Below, piece after piece: positions 51,812 through 62,045 of a DNA stretch of 64,000 nt. The stretch's first letter is position 1. The number at the start of each line of letters is the position of its first letter. The DNA lies in assembly GCA_951406725.2 (NCBI GenBank), contig OX597836.1:42346001-42410000 (forward strand), read 5' to 3'. A program made the position numbers and the translations under genes. The notes below the pieces were generated by a model that searched no databases, had not been told where the DNA came from, and saw only the letters and a list, made by a program, of their open reading frames with translations. The stretch comes from Octopus vulgaris (lineage: Eukaryota).

Positions 51812-53404
51812 TAAAACTTACTTGGAAATGGATGCGTGGTGTTTGATCATATAATAATATAAATAAAATATAAATATACGCATGTATAAATACATATATG
51901 TACATACCTACATATATATGCATATATACATGCATATATGTTTACAGGACATCGAAAATCGGGAACAAAATGAGAAACGAGAACAGAAAAAAGCAAAACC
52001 ATAGAAAGCGAAGTTCTTTTGAAGAACAAAAGAAATAAATAGAGAAACGAGACAGGCAACATAAAGAACATTCCCCTCAACAGTTGTTCCCTGTTTCGAA
52101 GGTAGGGACAAGATGTGACTTCATTGAAACAGTCCTTCCCACAAAGCAAATTAAATAAATTTTGAGATTTTTTGCGGAGGATTAAAGTTCTAACAAAACC
52201 AGGACAGCAAGAACAAAACAGTAAAAACAAATGGTGAGGGCTGCTAAGCCAAGACAATGCGACGTGGGAAACGCTGAAAAAACGAGCTTTCAGAATAGAC
52301 AGGCAAATGCATATCTTGTCTTTAGGAAAGAAGTGGAAGAAAGAAAGATTGATAGCCATTGGTCACGTGTGAGCAACGAGTGTCAAAGAAGAAGAGGGAG
52401 AGGGAGGGCGAATGGTGAAGAGTAGGGGAGAAGAATAGGGAACAAGAGGAAGGGAAAAACGAAAGGAAGAACAATAGAGGGAGAAAGAATAGAGATAGGA
52501 CGTAGAGTGCACATTGGAATTATTACGATAAAACTTACGACGCATCATAGTCATATCATACCTGGTAAATCTGTCAATGATACACCATATGCTATATTCA
52601 TAAGAGCTTGCTCTTCTTCATTACCAAATAACAGGGAGTTTTGTAGACATGCTTGGAAAAACTGTCTTGAATCTCTAGGGTGACATAGCATCAGTATATC
52701 TGAGGCTTTTAATGTTATCTAAAAGACAAAGACAGTAACATGTGTTAATATTTTGTCTGTAGGGATAATGTGGTGAGCTGGCAGAACCATTAGCGCACTA
52801 AACAGAATGCTTGGTGGCATTTTGTCTGTCTTCGTGTTCTGAGTTCAAATCAATTTTCCTCTTCCCAGAAATTGCTGGCCTCGTTCCAAAATATGAAATC
52901 AATGTTTTTATGAAAAATATTAATGATTTCAAATCTTTACTGCCCCAGGGAAATAATAATAATAATAATAATAATAATAATTCTTTCTACTAAAGGCTTG
53001 AAATTTTTGGGAAGGAGCCTAATCGATTACATCGACCCCAGTGTTTCACTGGTACTTAATTTATTGACCCTGAAAGGATGAAAAGCAAAGTTGACCTCAG
53101 TGGAATTTGAACCCAGAATCTAAAGACGGATGAAATGTCGCAATGCATTTTGTCCAGCATGCTAACGATTCTGCCTGCTTACTCCTTTATAAAATTAATT
53201 ATAATAATAACTAGCGGGACCCATGAATAGTTCACAGAATTAATAGTAAACCTATTGGGTTATTCCTGAAAACTTTACCCCAAAAGCCTGAAAGTGTATC
53301 CTGTGTCGTGTCAGAGGATAGTCACTCATCTGCTATTCATTGAAAAGTGAAGGAAATTGGAATACGATGATTAGTTACTGCACTTTATATATATATATAT
53401 ACTT

Positions 53405-53441
<37 letters not shown>

Positions 53442-53783
53442 ATAAAAACGGTAAGATAACAAAAGAAAGAAAGGGACATCAATATTATGTAAATAGAGGA
53501 ATTTATCTGTAAATATAATATGTGTCAATTACTCAGTAGCCAGAATAAAACTCTGAGTTTCGGGTGCTGAAGTGGAAATCCAAACCACCATCTCTTCAGT
53601 TATCCGGCCATCGGAAAAATCTCTTCAGTTATCTGGCCATTTTTCAGATGGCCGGATAACTGAAGAGATGGTGGCGTGGATTTCCACCTCGGCATCCGAA
53701 ACTCTGAGTTTTATTCTGGCTACCGAGTAAATGTCACATATTATATTTACACACACACACACATATATATATATATGTGTATG

Positions 53784-53837
<54 letters not shown>

Positions 53838-56800
53838 CATGTATATATACTTTTTATACTTTAGTCACAATTTTTTAGACTCACTGCACAACCGTCATAA
53901 AATAAATATTCACATATTTTCCCCATAAACAGAAAAAATTACATTTAAAATGTACATGGTCACAATTTCATATCAAAAATTTGATAGTAAAAAAAATATT
54001 TTTTTTGTACAATATAGGGATCATAATTTCATAAGAGTAAAAATTTAATGCAACATAGCATACTCAGAGCCAATAAATAGGGCGCGTAAGATATTTGAGG
54101 AAAGATTTATGTTTATAAAAAAATACCAGATATATAATAACAGATAATAACTTCATTTATCAAAAAATGCTATGAGGATAAAAATGAAACTTCTTTTCTT
54201 TAATGTTATTCAATAAAGCCACCTTCAGCTTCAACAAATGCTTCTATATGAGATCTAAATCCCCTACATGCTCGAATTAAGTGGTCCTGGTTCATTTTGG
54301 ACATTACTCTGACTATGGTAGCTTTCAAAGAACCTTTGGCGTTATAGGCATGTTCATTGAGCTCTCTCTCAACAACACTCCACACGTAATAATCCAATGG
54401 ATTGAGATCTGGGGAATTCGGAGGCCAAATGTGATCGTGAAAATTTTCAACCATCCATTCCTGTGTTTCTAGAGCCATGTGTGATAGTGCAGAGTCTTAC
54501 TGAAACACATATGGCTTTCCATTACATACACAGTTTATCCAGGGTTTAACAATTATTTCCAGGACCTCAATGTAGGTGGCAGAGTTAACTTTAAGGCCTT
54601 GTGGAAAAAAGTAAGGAGGCATAACATGTCCTTCATTGTTGACAAAACCTAAACCATGACAGTTGAGGTCAGTTGAGTCTCAGATCAACTAACCAAATGA
54701 GGTCAGACTCAGATCTGAACAGACAGAAAGTAGGATAGACTGAAACTGTCAAAGAGGCTGAGTTTGATGAACTAGAGTGAGTCTGACCTAATATATTCTG
54801 AGTGACACTTAGTCCAAGGTAGCCGGAGTGCAGATTAAGATGTAACAGAAAAAAAACCCAAGTAAGATGCAATACAAGACAGAATAAGATGTAACAAAAA
54901 AGGATTTGTAAGAAGGGGCAGAAGAGACACTAAGCTGAGCTTACAGCAGGGTTTCTCAACCGTTTTTTACCTATAGACCCCTTTGATTGCTATTCTACTC
55001 TACTGGACCATCCTAGACATTCGATGTTTAAAAAATCATTTATTTTTGTAATTAAATATTATTATTAAGAATTGTATTAAAACATTGTTGAAATATTTTG
55101 TGTATTGTCGAAGTATAACCAATTTCTTGCTGATATATTTTAACAACAGCAAACTCTTATATGGACCCCCATGGGCCATATGGCCCTCAATTGAGAACCA
55201 ATGGTAAAGATGTGGGAAGATATAACACAGGTTAAACTAAAATGCGACATATGAAAGACTGACTTACAACACAAGATACAAGACACGTTGTTAAGGACAA
55301 AATATCTTACCTCATAATAAACTCCATATGTCCTACCATCAGAGGGTGCATCAATCCCTTTCTTCATCAGAAATGAAATATTTTCCCAGTTGTTTCTCAT
55401 TATTCCGAGTGCTTCATATATGAGGCCTTTATCATAAATATCTTGAGCCTTCATCAAACTTTTCCCAATAATGTTTGTATATTTGAGCTTTACCAAATCA
55501 TTGCTGTGTACATTGTCAATCTGTTGCATAGAAAGTACACGTACTAATACTTGTACTTGGAAATTCTGTAATTCTAAATCTGAACTGATCAAACCTTGTT
55601 CGACAAGTGGCATCAAAACATGCATCTTGGAAGCTGGTTGACTAGAAGAACCAGTCATTTCAACAGCTTCCTCAATACCAAATCTTCCAGGAAAATATGA
55701 AAGTACTTTGATAGCATCTTGCTGTTCGTGAGAGAGTTGAGAAAAGTACTTGTCCATTTCTTGCTTAATATTACGTCTGTTAATTTTACATTCGTCCAGC
55801 CAGTCATTGAGCTTGGTTTCATCACAAATCATTTTGTAGATATCATTAAAAGAGAAATTATGACGAAACTGGGAGATTTTTTCTGCAAAGTAAATAAGAA
55901 GTCCTGGCAGGCCACAGGCATATCTGATGATGTTGTGTATTTGTTCTTTGTTCTCATCATCCGCCTCAATGTCTGAACAGCGACCGAAAAGAAGCTGGGC
56001 ATCTTTAATGGACAATGGACTCACTTTACACTTTCCAAACCTGATTCCATCAAACTGAAATGGTTTTCCACCACTAAATATGAGAATGATTTTTAGATTT
56101 GGGTGCCGTGGAAAGTCATTGTCGCAAAGCTCCTGGAAACCTGGAAGGAAGCTTTCTTGAATGTTCTGGAAATCATCAAAAATACAAATTTTCCATTTCG
56201 TATTGGTGATACTGGAACAATTGGTGGATGTATTGTACATGTTGGAAATATCAGACCAACTGCTATTATTAGAAATATGGATGTGTTTTATGTGGAGTCT
56301 TTCGGGGTTGGTTTCATCCTTCAATTCTTGACAGACCTGTCATATTAGAAACATAACATTAGAACAAGTTCAAAGATTTCCATAGATTCACTTATTTTAT
56401 TGGTCTATCACTTTGTCTCTTTCTCTGTCTGACTTTATAATTCTCTCTCAATAACTGTCTCTTTGTCTGTTCTTTTATCTATGCATTAGTTCAGGGTATC
56501 CTTTATATTCCTTCATATTCATCTTACAGTTTGTCTAAGTATCTTTCTGGATAACAGTTTGTCACTTTGCCATTCTATCTCTTTAATTATCTTTCTATTA
56601 ATTACACAGTTGCTTTATCTCTTTTACTATCCATGTCTTATTTCATCTACCTCTCTCTCACTCTCTGTCTATCAATCAATTATTCTTGTGCTTGAGAAGA
56701 TCTTTCAAGTCAAGTGAGATCGTAGTCATGGCTGATGCTGGTGTTTCGTAACTGGCACGTAAAAAACACCCCTTACACTCTTGCAGTGGTTGGTGTTAGG

Positions 56801-58070
56801 AGGGGCACCCATCTGTAGAAACCATGTCAAATTAGATTGGAACCTGGTGCAGCTCCCCAGCTTACCAGTTTTCAGTCAAACTGGCAGATCCTCTACAGCC
56901 AGATGCCCTCCCTCCGGAAACCAAACTTACTTGTTTCCAAGGAAATATTTCTCTATAGGAAATTTCCATGTAATATTGGAAGTTAACGACATTCATTTAC
57001 AAGAAATCTACAACGTCAAGCCGAGGAGATGCAAACATACACATGCTCACAGATGCATACGTACAGACACACACACACAAACACACATATACACACCTGC
57101 CTGCTTACCTACATACATACATACCTACCTACCTACCTACCTACCTACCTACCTACCTACCTACCTACCTACCTACCTACCTACCTACCTACCTACCTAC
57201 CTACCTACATACATACATACCTACCTACCTACATACCTACCTACCTACATACCTACCTATCTACTTACCTACCTACCTACCTACCTACCTACATACCTAC
57301 CTACCTACCTACCTGCCTGTCTACCTACCTGCCTGTCTACCTACCTACCTACATACCTACCTACTTACCTACCTACCTGCCTGTCTACCTACCTACCTAC
57401 CTACCTACCTACCTTCCTACCTACCTACCTACCTACCTACCTACCTACCTACCTACCTACCTACCCACCTACTTACCTACCTACCTACCTACCTACCTAC
57501 CTACCTACATACCTACCTACCTACTTACCTACCTACCTACCTACCTACCTACCCACCCACTCACTTACATACATAATATATAAAGCAGTCAAACCTCTCC
57601 CAAATTGCCCACCTTCTTCATAACATAGGACAGGATACATTAAATAATATAATCTTTGCCATAGACAGAATGGTTACAGGAGAAATACCTTTGATCATAG
57701 GTCAACCATCAACTCACCAAATGGTACAAAGACTTCAGTGACTGCCATTGTATGCGATTGAACCAGAAATGCTTTCCTCTTCAGTCAGTAACTTAACTGT
57801 AAAACCTCAAGAATCCCTAATAACCTACAGAAACGCACAATGCAATAAGGTTAACGTAAAAAAATGAGAAAACAATAGTAAATTTCTTACAGTTTTCACA
57901 AGACTTGTTTTGCCAACATAAGGCAGTCCATAAACTTGTATTATTTGAGTATCTTCATCCTTGATCAAGATCTTCAGTTTTTCCCTCTCATCATGTCGTC
58001 CAACAAAGTGTCTGCCAGAATTGCCTTGCTGTCTCATGTAATTGGGGGGTAACCGATATGGTGTTGCCAT
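34500..58070 (-). CDS. Copy B: 10-exon STAND/NB-ARC-like ATPase + TPR-like repeat protein (NLR-like), 858 aa; join(57891-58070,55311-56336,52562-52718,48465-48612,47273-47382,45605-45718,45000-45143,44108-44219,38722-38986,34500-34820)
   Basis: All introns GT-AG, splice phases chain consistently, total 2577 nt = 859 codons ending TAA. Motifs in NB-ARC order: FVGR, Walker A GLPYVGKT, Walker [48 protein letters not shown]; then TPR-like helices (e.g. [33 protein letters not shown]). Confidence 0.85.
34922..35078. repeat. Near-perfect palindrome (inverted hammerhead-like element) in (TA)n
   Basis: ctttatttaaagcagcagaaaattcaa... / ...ttgaattttctgctgctttaaataaag. Confidence 0.85.
35009..35046 (+). 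ncRNA. Hammerhead-like motif with CCGATGA core (inverted partner 34955-34992)
   Basis: ctgt CCGATGA acggcaacgg GAAA ctc-a-gag TA acag; lies in one arm of a ~157-bp hairpin. Confidence 0.55.
35888..36477 (-). repeat. Paralogous SINE array with 3 units
   Basis: Same unit, one copy fewer than in copy A. Confidence 0.85.
37514..38465 (+). mobile_element. Decayed mariner transposon (paralogous copy, predates the duplication)
   Basis: Same TIRs and YSPDIAPSD motif. Confidence 0.85.
38722..38986 (-). CDS. Copy B exon 9 (TPR-like)
   Basis: attccag|G CGT GAA ATC...CCT CAG|gtatgg. Confidence 0.8.
40132..40222 (-). ncRNA. Minimal type I hammerhead ribozyme (inverted PLE end)
   Basis: Reverse complement of 42897-42987. 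Confidence 0.8.
40175..41440 (+). CDS. Penelope-like element ORF C-terminal part (Asn-rich linker + GIY-YIG endonuclease)
   Basis: [20 protein letters not shown]...FYIGCT...R...H, CQLC...E, LLN, C-terminal CxH; the first codons come from the inverted segment, so the start is not native. Confidence 0.8.
   Translation: MQKLQHINVSRTHQLKYTQMHTNKNKNNGNKYNNSGEMNSSNSTNPKFNKKDILWLNIPFNCAIQSDIQNKFKVILEKNFPISLRYHRIISRKTVRISYSILPNMSTLIARINNNSIKLARKDRNKNINISMNTNSNYNNTTNNKNSNSNYQNIGEISNHRMTNNININSNNNNADINRSNNVNNRNNRNKAIGENKENENISDIYNNNMQSDKKTNNNSNITNNIRNHGRTLDLNDEIEGSINNSNTLDISTNYRNDNQNNRNLRHLPKNNPKPEVVPPVCKCRIKSKCPAPGLCGENNVIYKCTISTENNKYFYIGCTINFLARVRNHISSFKLRHKAGTTTLSNKIWELKNNNNNYNLNWEIVRRAIPYKNSRVGCQLCSMETYEILKHRKHRNLLNNHIELGQVCVHAKLKTLKYFK
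42897..42987 (+). ncRNA. Minimal type I hammerhead ribozyme in the PLE 3' end
   Basis: Stem I ttttag/ctaaaa, CTGATGA 42903-09, stem II gtacgggaca/tgtccttgtat, GAAAC-gatt-GTA. Confidence 0.8.
44108..44219 (-). CDS. Copy B exon 8 (TPR-like)
   Basis: tctccag|GT AAA GCA...AGA AT|gtaagt; not in the ORF track, read manually. Confidence 0.75.
45000..45143 (-). CDS. Copy B exon 7 (TPR-like)
   Basis: taacag|AT GGT TCA CAA TAT AAT AAA GCA...CAC A|gtaagt. Confidence 0.8.
45605..45718 (-). CDS. Copy B exon 6 (TPR-like)
   Basis: (TTC)n tract then tttgcag|GT; donor A|gtaagt. Confidence 0.8.
47273..47382 (-). CDS. Copy B exon 5
   Basis: tttctcag|T TTT GCA GAA ATG...GTT G|gtaata; phases match neighbours. 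Confidence 0.75.
48465..48612 (-). CDS. Copy B exon 4 (TPR-like)
   Basis: ctacag|GT...TTG CA|gtatgt; [18 protein letters not shown]... Confidence 0.8.
49718..50340 (+). mobile_element. Degenerate 3' fragment of a second Penelope-like element (GIY-YIG)
   Basis: [19 protein letters not shown]...R...H...VSEH...E; begins at a (TA)n tract; decayed hammerhead-like motif ~50218-50272. Confidence 0.7.
50488..50532 (+). ncRNA. Minimal type I hammerhead ribozyme
   Basis: tgaac CTGAAGA ttgca-gaatttaa-tgcat GAAA gtac TA gttca; palindromic GTAC in stem III. Confidence 0.7.
50953..51059 (-). ncRNA. Type I hammerhead ribozyme (inverted copy)
   Basis: Reverse complement of 51455-51561. Confidence 0.85.
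51455..51561 (+). ncRNA. Type I hammerhead ribozyme
   Basis: Stem I atttctta/taagaaat, CTGATGA 51463-69, stem II atctg/cagat, GAAA, stem III cgg-tata-tcg, GUA cleavage triplet. Confidence 0.85.
52562..52718 (-). CDS. Copy B exon 3
   Basis: ttttag|ATA...CCA G|gtatga; [26 protein letters not shown]...; conserved with 18426-18582. Confidence 0.8.
53543..53605 (-). ncRNA. Type I hammerhead ribozyme (inverted partner of 53654-53716)
   Basis: Minus strand: ggataa CTGAAGA ... cccGAAA ctcagag TT ttattc. Confidence 0.65.
53654..53716 (+). ncRNA. Type I hammerhead ribozyme
   Basis: ggataa CTGAAGA gatg...catcc GAAA ctc-t-gag TT ttattc. Confidence 0.7.
54200..54665 (-). mobile_element. Tc1/mariner-superfamily transposase remnant
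   Basis: [16 protein letters not shown] motif, C-terminal EAEGGFIE; stops upstream. Confidence 0.8.
55311..56336 (-). CDS. Copy B exon 2 (NB-ARC-like core, 342 codons)
   Basis: Acceptor gacag|GTC, donor GAG|gtaaga; contains Walker B, GLP and MHD-equivalent motifs. Confidence 0.88.
57095..57572. repeat. (ACCT)n microsatellite
   Basis: Direct reading; copy B intron 1 only. Confidence 0.95.
57891..58070 (-). CDS. Copy B exon 1 (ATG, FVGR, Walker A GLPYVGKT)
   Basis: [60 protein letters not shown], phase-0 donor GTAAGA; in-frame TAA four codons upstream of the ATG. Confidence 0.8.
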
Positions 58071-59035
58071 ACTGATAATTTAGAAATTTCTTTCGTCTTT
58101 CTGAATTTTCAAAAGCTGGAATTCTGGTGAAGATAAACAGAAGAGATAATTGTTGTGTCATGGGATAAAGTGGAACCCTCAACTATGTATGATGCTTAGA
58201 AAAATAAAATTTTATAAATTTTCCACAAGAACAAAGTCTACATCAAACTTAGGTGATGGGACACTTGCAAATGATGGAGGGTTCGAAGAAGTCGTAGAGG
58301 ATTCTGTTGTTGAATTGCTCGTGTCCCAGATAGATTGTTAATTAATCAAGGAACTGATTTTGTTAGATCAAGAGTAAAATGAGTAATGGTCGTGCCGGAT
58401 ATCTTGGAAGTTTCAGATTAGTATGAATGGAAATAAAAATAAGAGCTTTTTACGGTTATCTCTTTAGATTTTCAGGAGAAAATTGTAACCAGCAGTGGTT
58501 TGTTATGGTGTTTTGTATCCGAAGCAAATGAGTGCTGGCTATAATTTCTTTAGGAAATCTTTAGAGATGACTTTAACATGTGATTTAATAGCACTGCTAA
58601 CACAGGAGAAAACAGTATTGACTTATAAAAGCATTTAATATATTTTGTTGTATATTCATCATCATCATCATCATCGTTTAACATCTGCTTTCCATGCTAA
58701 ACAGATGGCTGCACCAGGCTCCAATCTGATCTGGCAGAGTTTCTACAACTTGATGCCCTTCAGCTGGATGTCATCGGCACGAGGGCCAGTCAGGCGGTAC
58801 TGGCAACGGCCACGCTCAAATGGTACTTTTTATGTGCCAGCTGCACAGGAGCCAGTCCAGCGGCACTGGCAACGACCTCGCTTGAATGGTACTTTTTATG
58901 TGCCACCAGCAAAAGTTCCAGTAAGTTGCTGACATAATTGTTTCTCGTACGTATGTATGTATGTGTGTGTGTGTATGTATGTGTGAACGTATGAACATAT
59001 GTATGTGTACGTGTGCTTGTGTGAGCAAATGCATA

Positions 59036-59072
<37 letters not shown>

Positions 59073-59237
59073 ATGCATGTGTGTATTATGATTGAAAGCG
59101 GAGACAGATGCACACGTAACTGGAATTCCACACAGGCTTTTAAAAAATGAGCTGTGAGTCATCAGTATACATGCACAATTGTACAAACGGGGAGAGAGAG
59201 AGTGAAGGAGAAAGAGAGAGAAGGAGAGAGAGAGAAG

Positions 59238-59274
<37 letters not shown>

Positions 59275-59427
59275 TAAGAGAGACTGACTGACAGTCAGAG
59301 ACAGACAGAGGCAGAGACAGAGGGAAACAGTGATATTAATCACATCCTTATTCGAGTGTAAAGTATTATTACCCAAAAATGAATTCTAAATAATGTTTCA
59401 TTCTGAGGGTTAGGACATTATCACGGC

Positions 59428-59920
59428 CAGATTATATCATAACACTGAGATTATATCATAACGATGAGATTATATCATAACACTGAGATTATATCATAAT
59501 ACTGAGATTATATCATAACACTGAGATTATATCATAACACTGAGATTATATCATAACACTGAGATTATATCATAACACTGAGATTATATCATAATACTGA
59601 GATTATATCATAACACTGAGATTATATCATAACGCTGAGATTATATCATAACACTGAGATTATATCATAACGCTGAGATTATATCATAACGCTGAGATTA
59701 TATCATAACGCTGAGATTATATCATAACACTGAGATTATATCATAACACTGAGATTATATCATAACACTGAGATTATATCATAACACTGAGATTATATCA
59801 TAACACTGAGATTATATCATAACACTGAGATTATATCATAACACTGAGATTATATCATAACGCTGACATTATATCATAACGCTGAGATTATATCATAATA
59901 TTGAGATTATATCATAACAA
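59428..59920. repeat. Minisatellite (GAGATTATATCATAACACT)n, 19-bp unit, ~26 copies
   Basis: Direct reading. Confidence 0.95.
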
Positions 59921-60129
59921 TGCAAGAACAGAACTATTATGAAGAAAACTAGTTTCAGTTTTACAATTTTCAGTTAGGGGCCCAGTCCCTCCGAACGTCT
60001 TAAATGCCACAAGTTGGAAGAGAATGTTCACTGTTAGGTCCCAATACTTCAGGGTTTTCTTCTATTCGGCTACGGAAGCAGTAACCCTCCCATTAATTGC
60101 AGCATCCAGGATGTGGTGGGGGAAAAATG

Positions 60130-60310
60130 AGTTTCAGACTGTGGGTTCCCAAATGAGGCGCTTACCTCTGACCTAGGGACAGAGGGTAAGACCATCTGGT
60201 CTCTTTCCACCACTTCGGGATAACCCCAACGGCTCCTGGACTGAGAAGATATTAATCTGAGCCAGGGTTTGCTTAATAATTAGGTTTAGCTCGGTGTGAT
60301 GAGCAAAACA
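60130..60310 (-). mobile_element. CRE-like non-LTR endonuclease remnant
   Basis: EPLGLSRSGGKRPDGLTL.P motif. Confidence 0.55.
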
Positions 60311-61418
60311 AACCAGCATTTGGGTGGTAAGGCAGACTGTGAAGACCTGTGGGGTTGAAGGGGCTACTAAATTTCTCTCACTCTCTCCTCCTGTACCTAG
60401 CAGCTCACCCGCGACAGACCAAGGTCCCATCCAGGAGGAGAATCTATACGTCCTTGAAACCGGGAAACTGGTCCTTAGGAGCCAGGAATGGCTCGAGAAG
60501 GAACAAACAACATCTTACAACTAAAGCAAAATTTTTTCAAGTCCCCTTGAAATACTATTGTGGGTCCCCAATTCACTATTTTGTTGTGTAGACCCTAAAA
60601 GAACTTTTATGGACCCTGGTTGAGAACCACCGATCTAGACTGAGTAGACCCCCAATGTGGCCACAGGCATCAATCCAGTTCCCCGAGAATTTTGCATGAG
60701 CTGAAATTAGGTGACGACCTTGAAAATTAATCAGATTGATCAAGGAGAGAGTTGAGAGTGGCACCTGAATGCAGATTGTCCGATACTCTCTATTTCCATC
60801 AATCCTCCACTATAACCGGAACTGAAAAACCCAGCTCTCTCCCCACTGTAATAGAGCTTCATCCATCTCCCTTTTGGAGTTAGTCCATGTTGGAGGAGAG
60901 AAGATGCTGCCTGCCAGAGGGGAACAGGCGTGGTTGGAATATGGTGTTTTGTGTGTGTGTGTGTACAACATGGTCACGGTCCAATGACTGAAACAAATAA
61001 AAGGTATTTAAAATAATAATCACCTGCTCCTGACGTTGATGTCCTTTAAACTCCCTTCAATACTGAACAAGCAGACCTATAGGTTCAAAAAGACGTCTTA
61101 GCTGTGACCATCACCTCTTATTTTAAAACACTGTGTATCTAGGGCTACATAATCCAATGTGCCTAGATTATTTATCTTCTTCATTTTTTAACAACAACAG
61201 CGGTTGATATAAATGTGGAAAAACTGGATTTTTCTCCTTCATTACCTCACGAAAACTACACACTGAATGAATATCGAGGTGGGTTATTCCCCACTCCCTG
61301 TCACAGTCTAATTACTCTATCGGCTCAAGTGTTCTATATAATTTGATAGACACTTCTTTTGATTCGTTGTCCTTTCTTCTCTATATCTTTCTCCATCTCT
61401 CTCTTTATTTTCTTGTCA

Positions 61419-61462
<44 letters not shown>

Positions 61463-61499
61463 CTTTCTTTCTCCCTGTCTGTCTGTCTCTCTCTCTCTA

Positions 61500-61627
<128 letters not shown>

Positions 61628-62008
61628 ACTTTTCTTCGTATATCTTTCCTGTATCTGTCTAGTATTTAGTGCTATCGGAGAGACTATGTGACATTTCAAA
61701 TGCTGTATGCACGGATCTCAAACGCCTACCTCCTTTATCTCTTCTCACGTAGGGAAACCTGTCGATATCACAATTTCTGTGGAGATTTCTGGTTGACGGC
61801 AGAACCTTGCGGGTGTTAATGTCTATGCAGTGGATTTCTTCTACAGACCAGTCAAGCGTCCCAAATGTCCGAATTGTTCCACGAATTTATGTATTCAATG
61901 GAGGTACTCGAAGCTTTTTAAGAGAGAGTTTTTCATGACAACATACAGAACACTTTTGACGCCCACCTATTTTTTGTGCTAAACCCAAAACATCTACTGA
62001 TGATGACT

Positions 62009-62039
<31 letters not shown>

Positions 62040-62045
<6 letters not shown>

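Larger units (their letters stand above)
53440..53750. mobile_element. Inverted hammerhead-bearing element beside (TA)n; partial relative at ~1972-2070
   Basis: Arms 53510-53612 and 53646-53750 are reverse complements. Confidence 0.7.
34419..57716. repeat. Segmental duplication unit B (paralogous to ~3405-21869)
   Basis: Same collinear homology in direct orientation. Confidence 0.92.

Noticed and set aside
56781-57623. 280-aa PTYL-repeat ORF
   Set aside because: Translation of an (ACCT)n microsatellite
59428-59920. CRISPR-like periodicity (also 23832-25070 and 5110-5880)
   Set aside because: No unique spacers and no cas genes; ordinary eukaryotic tandem repeats
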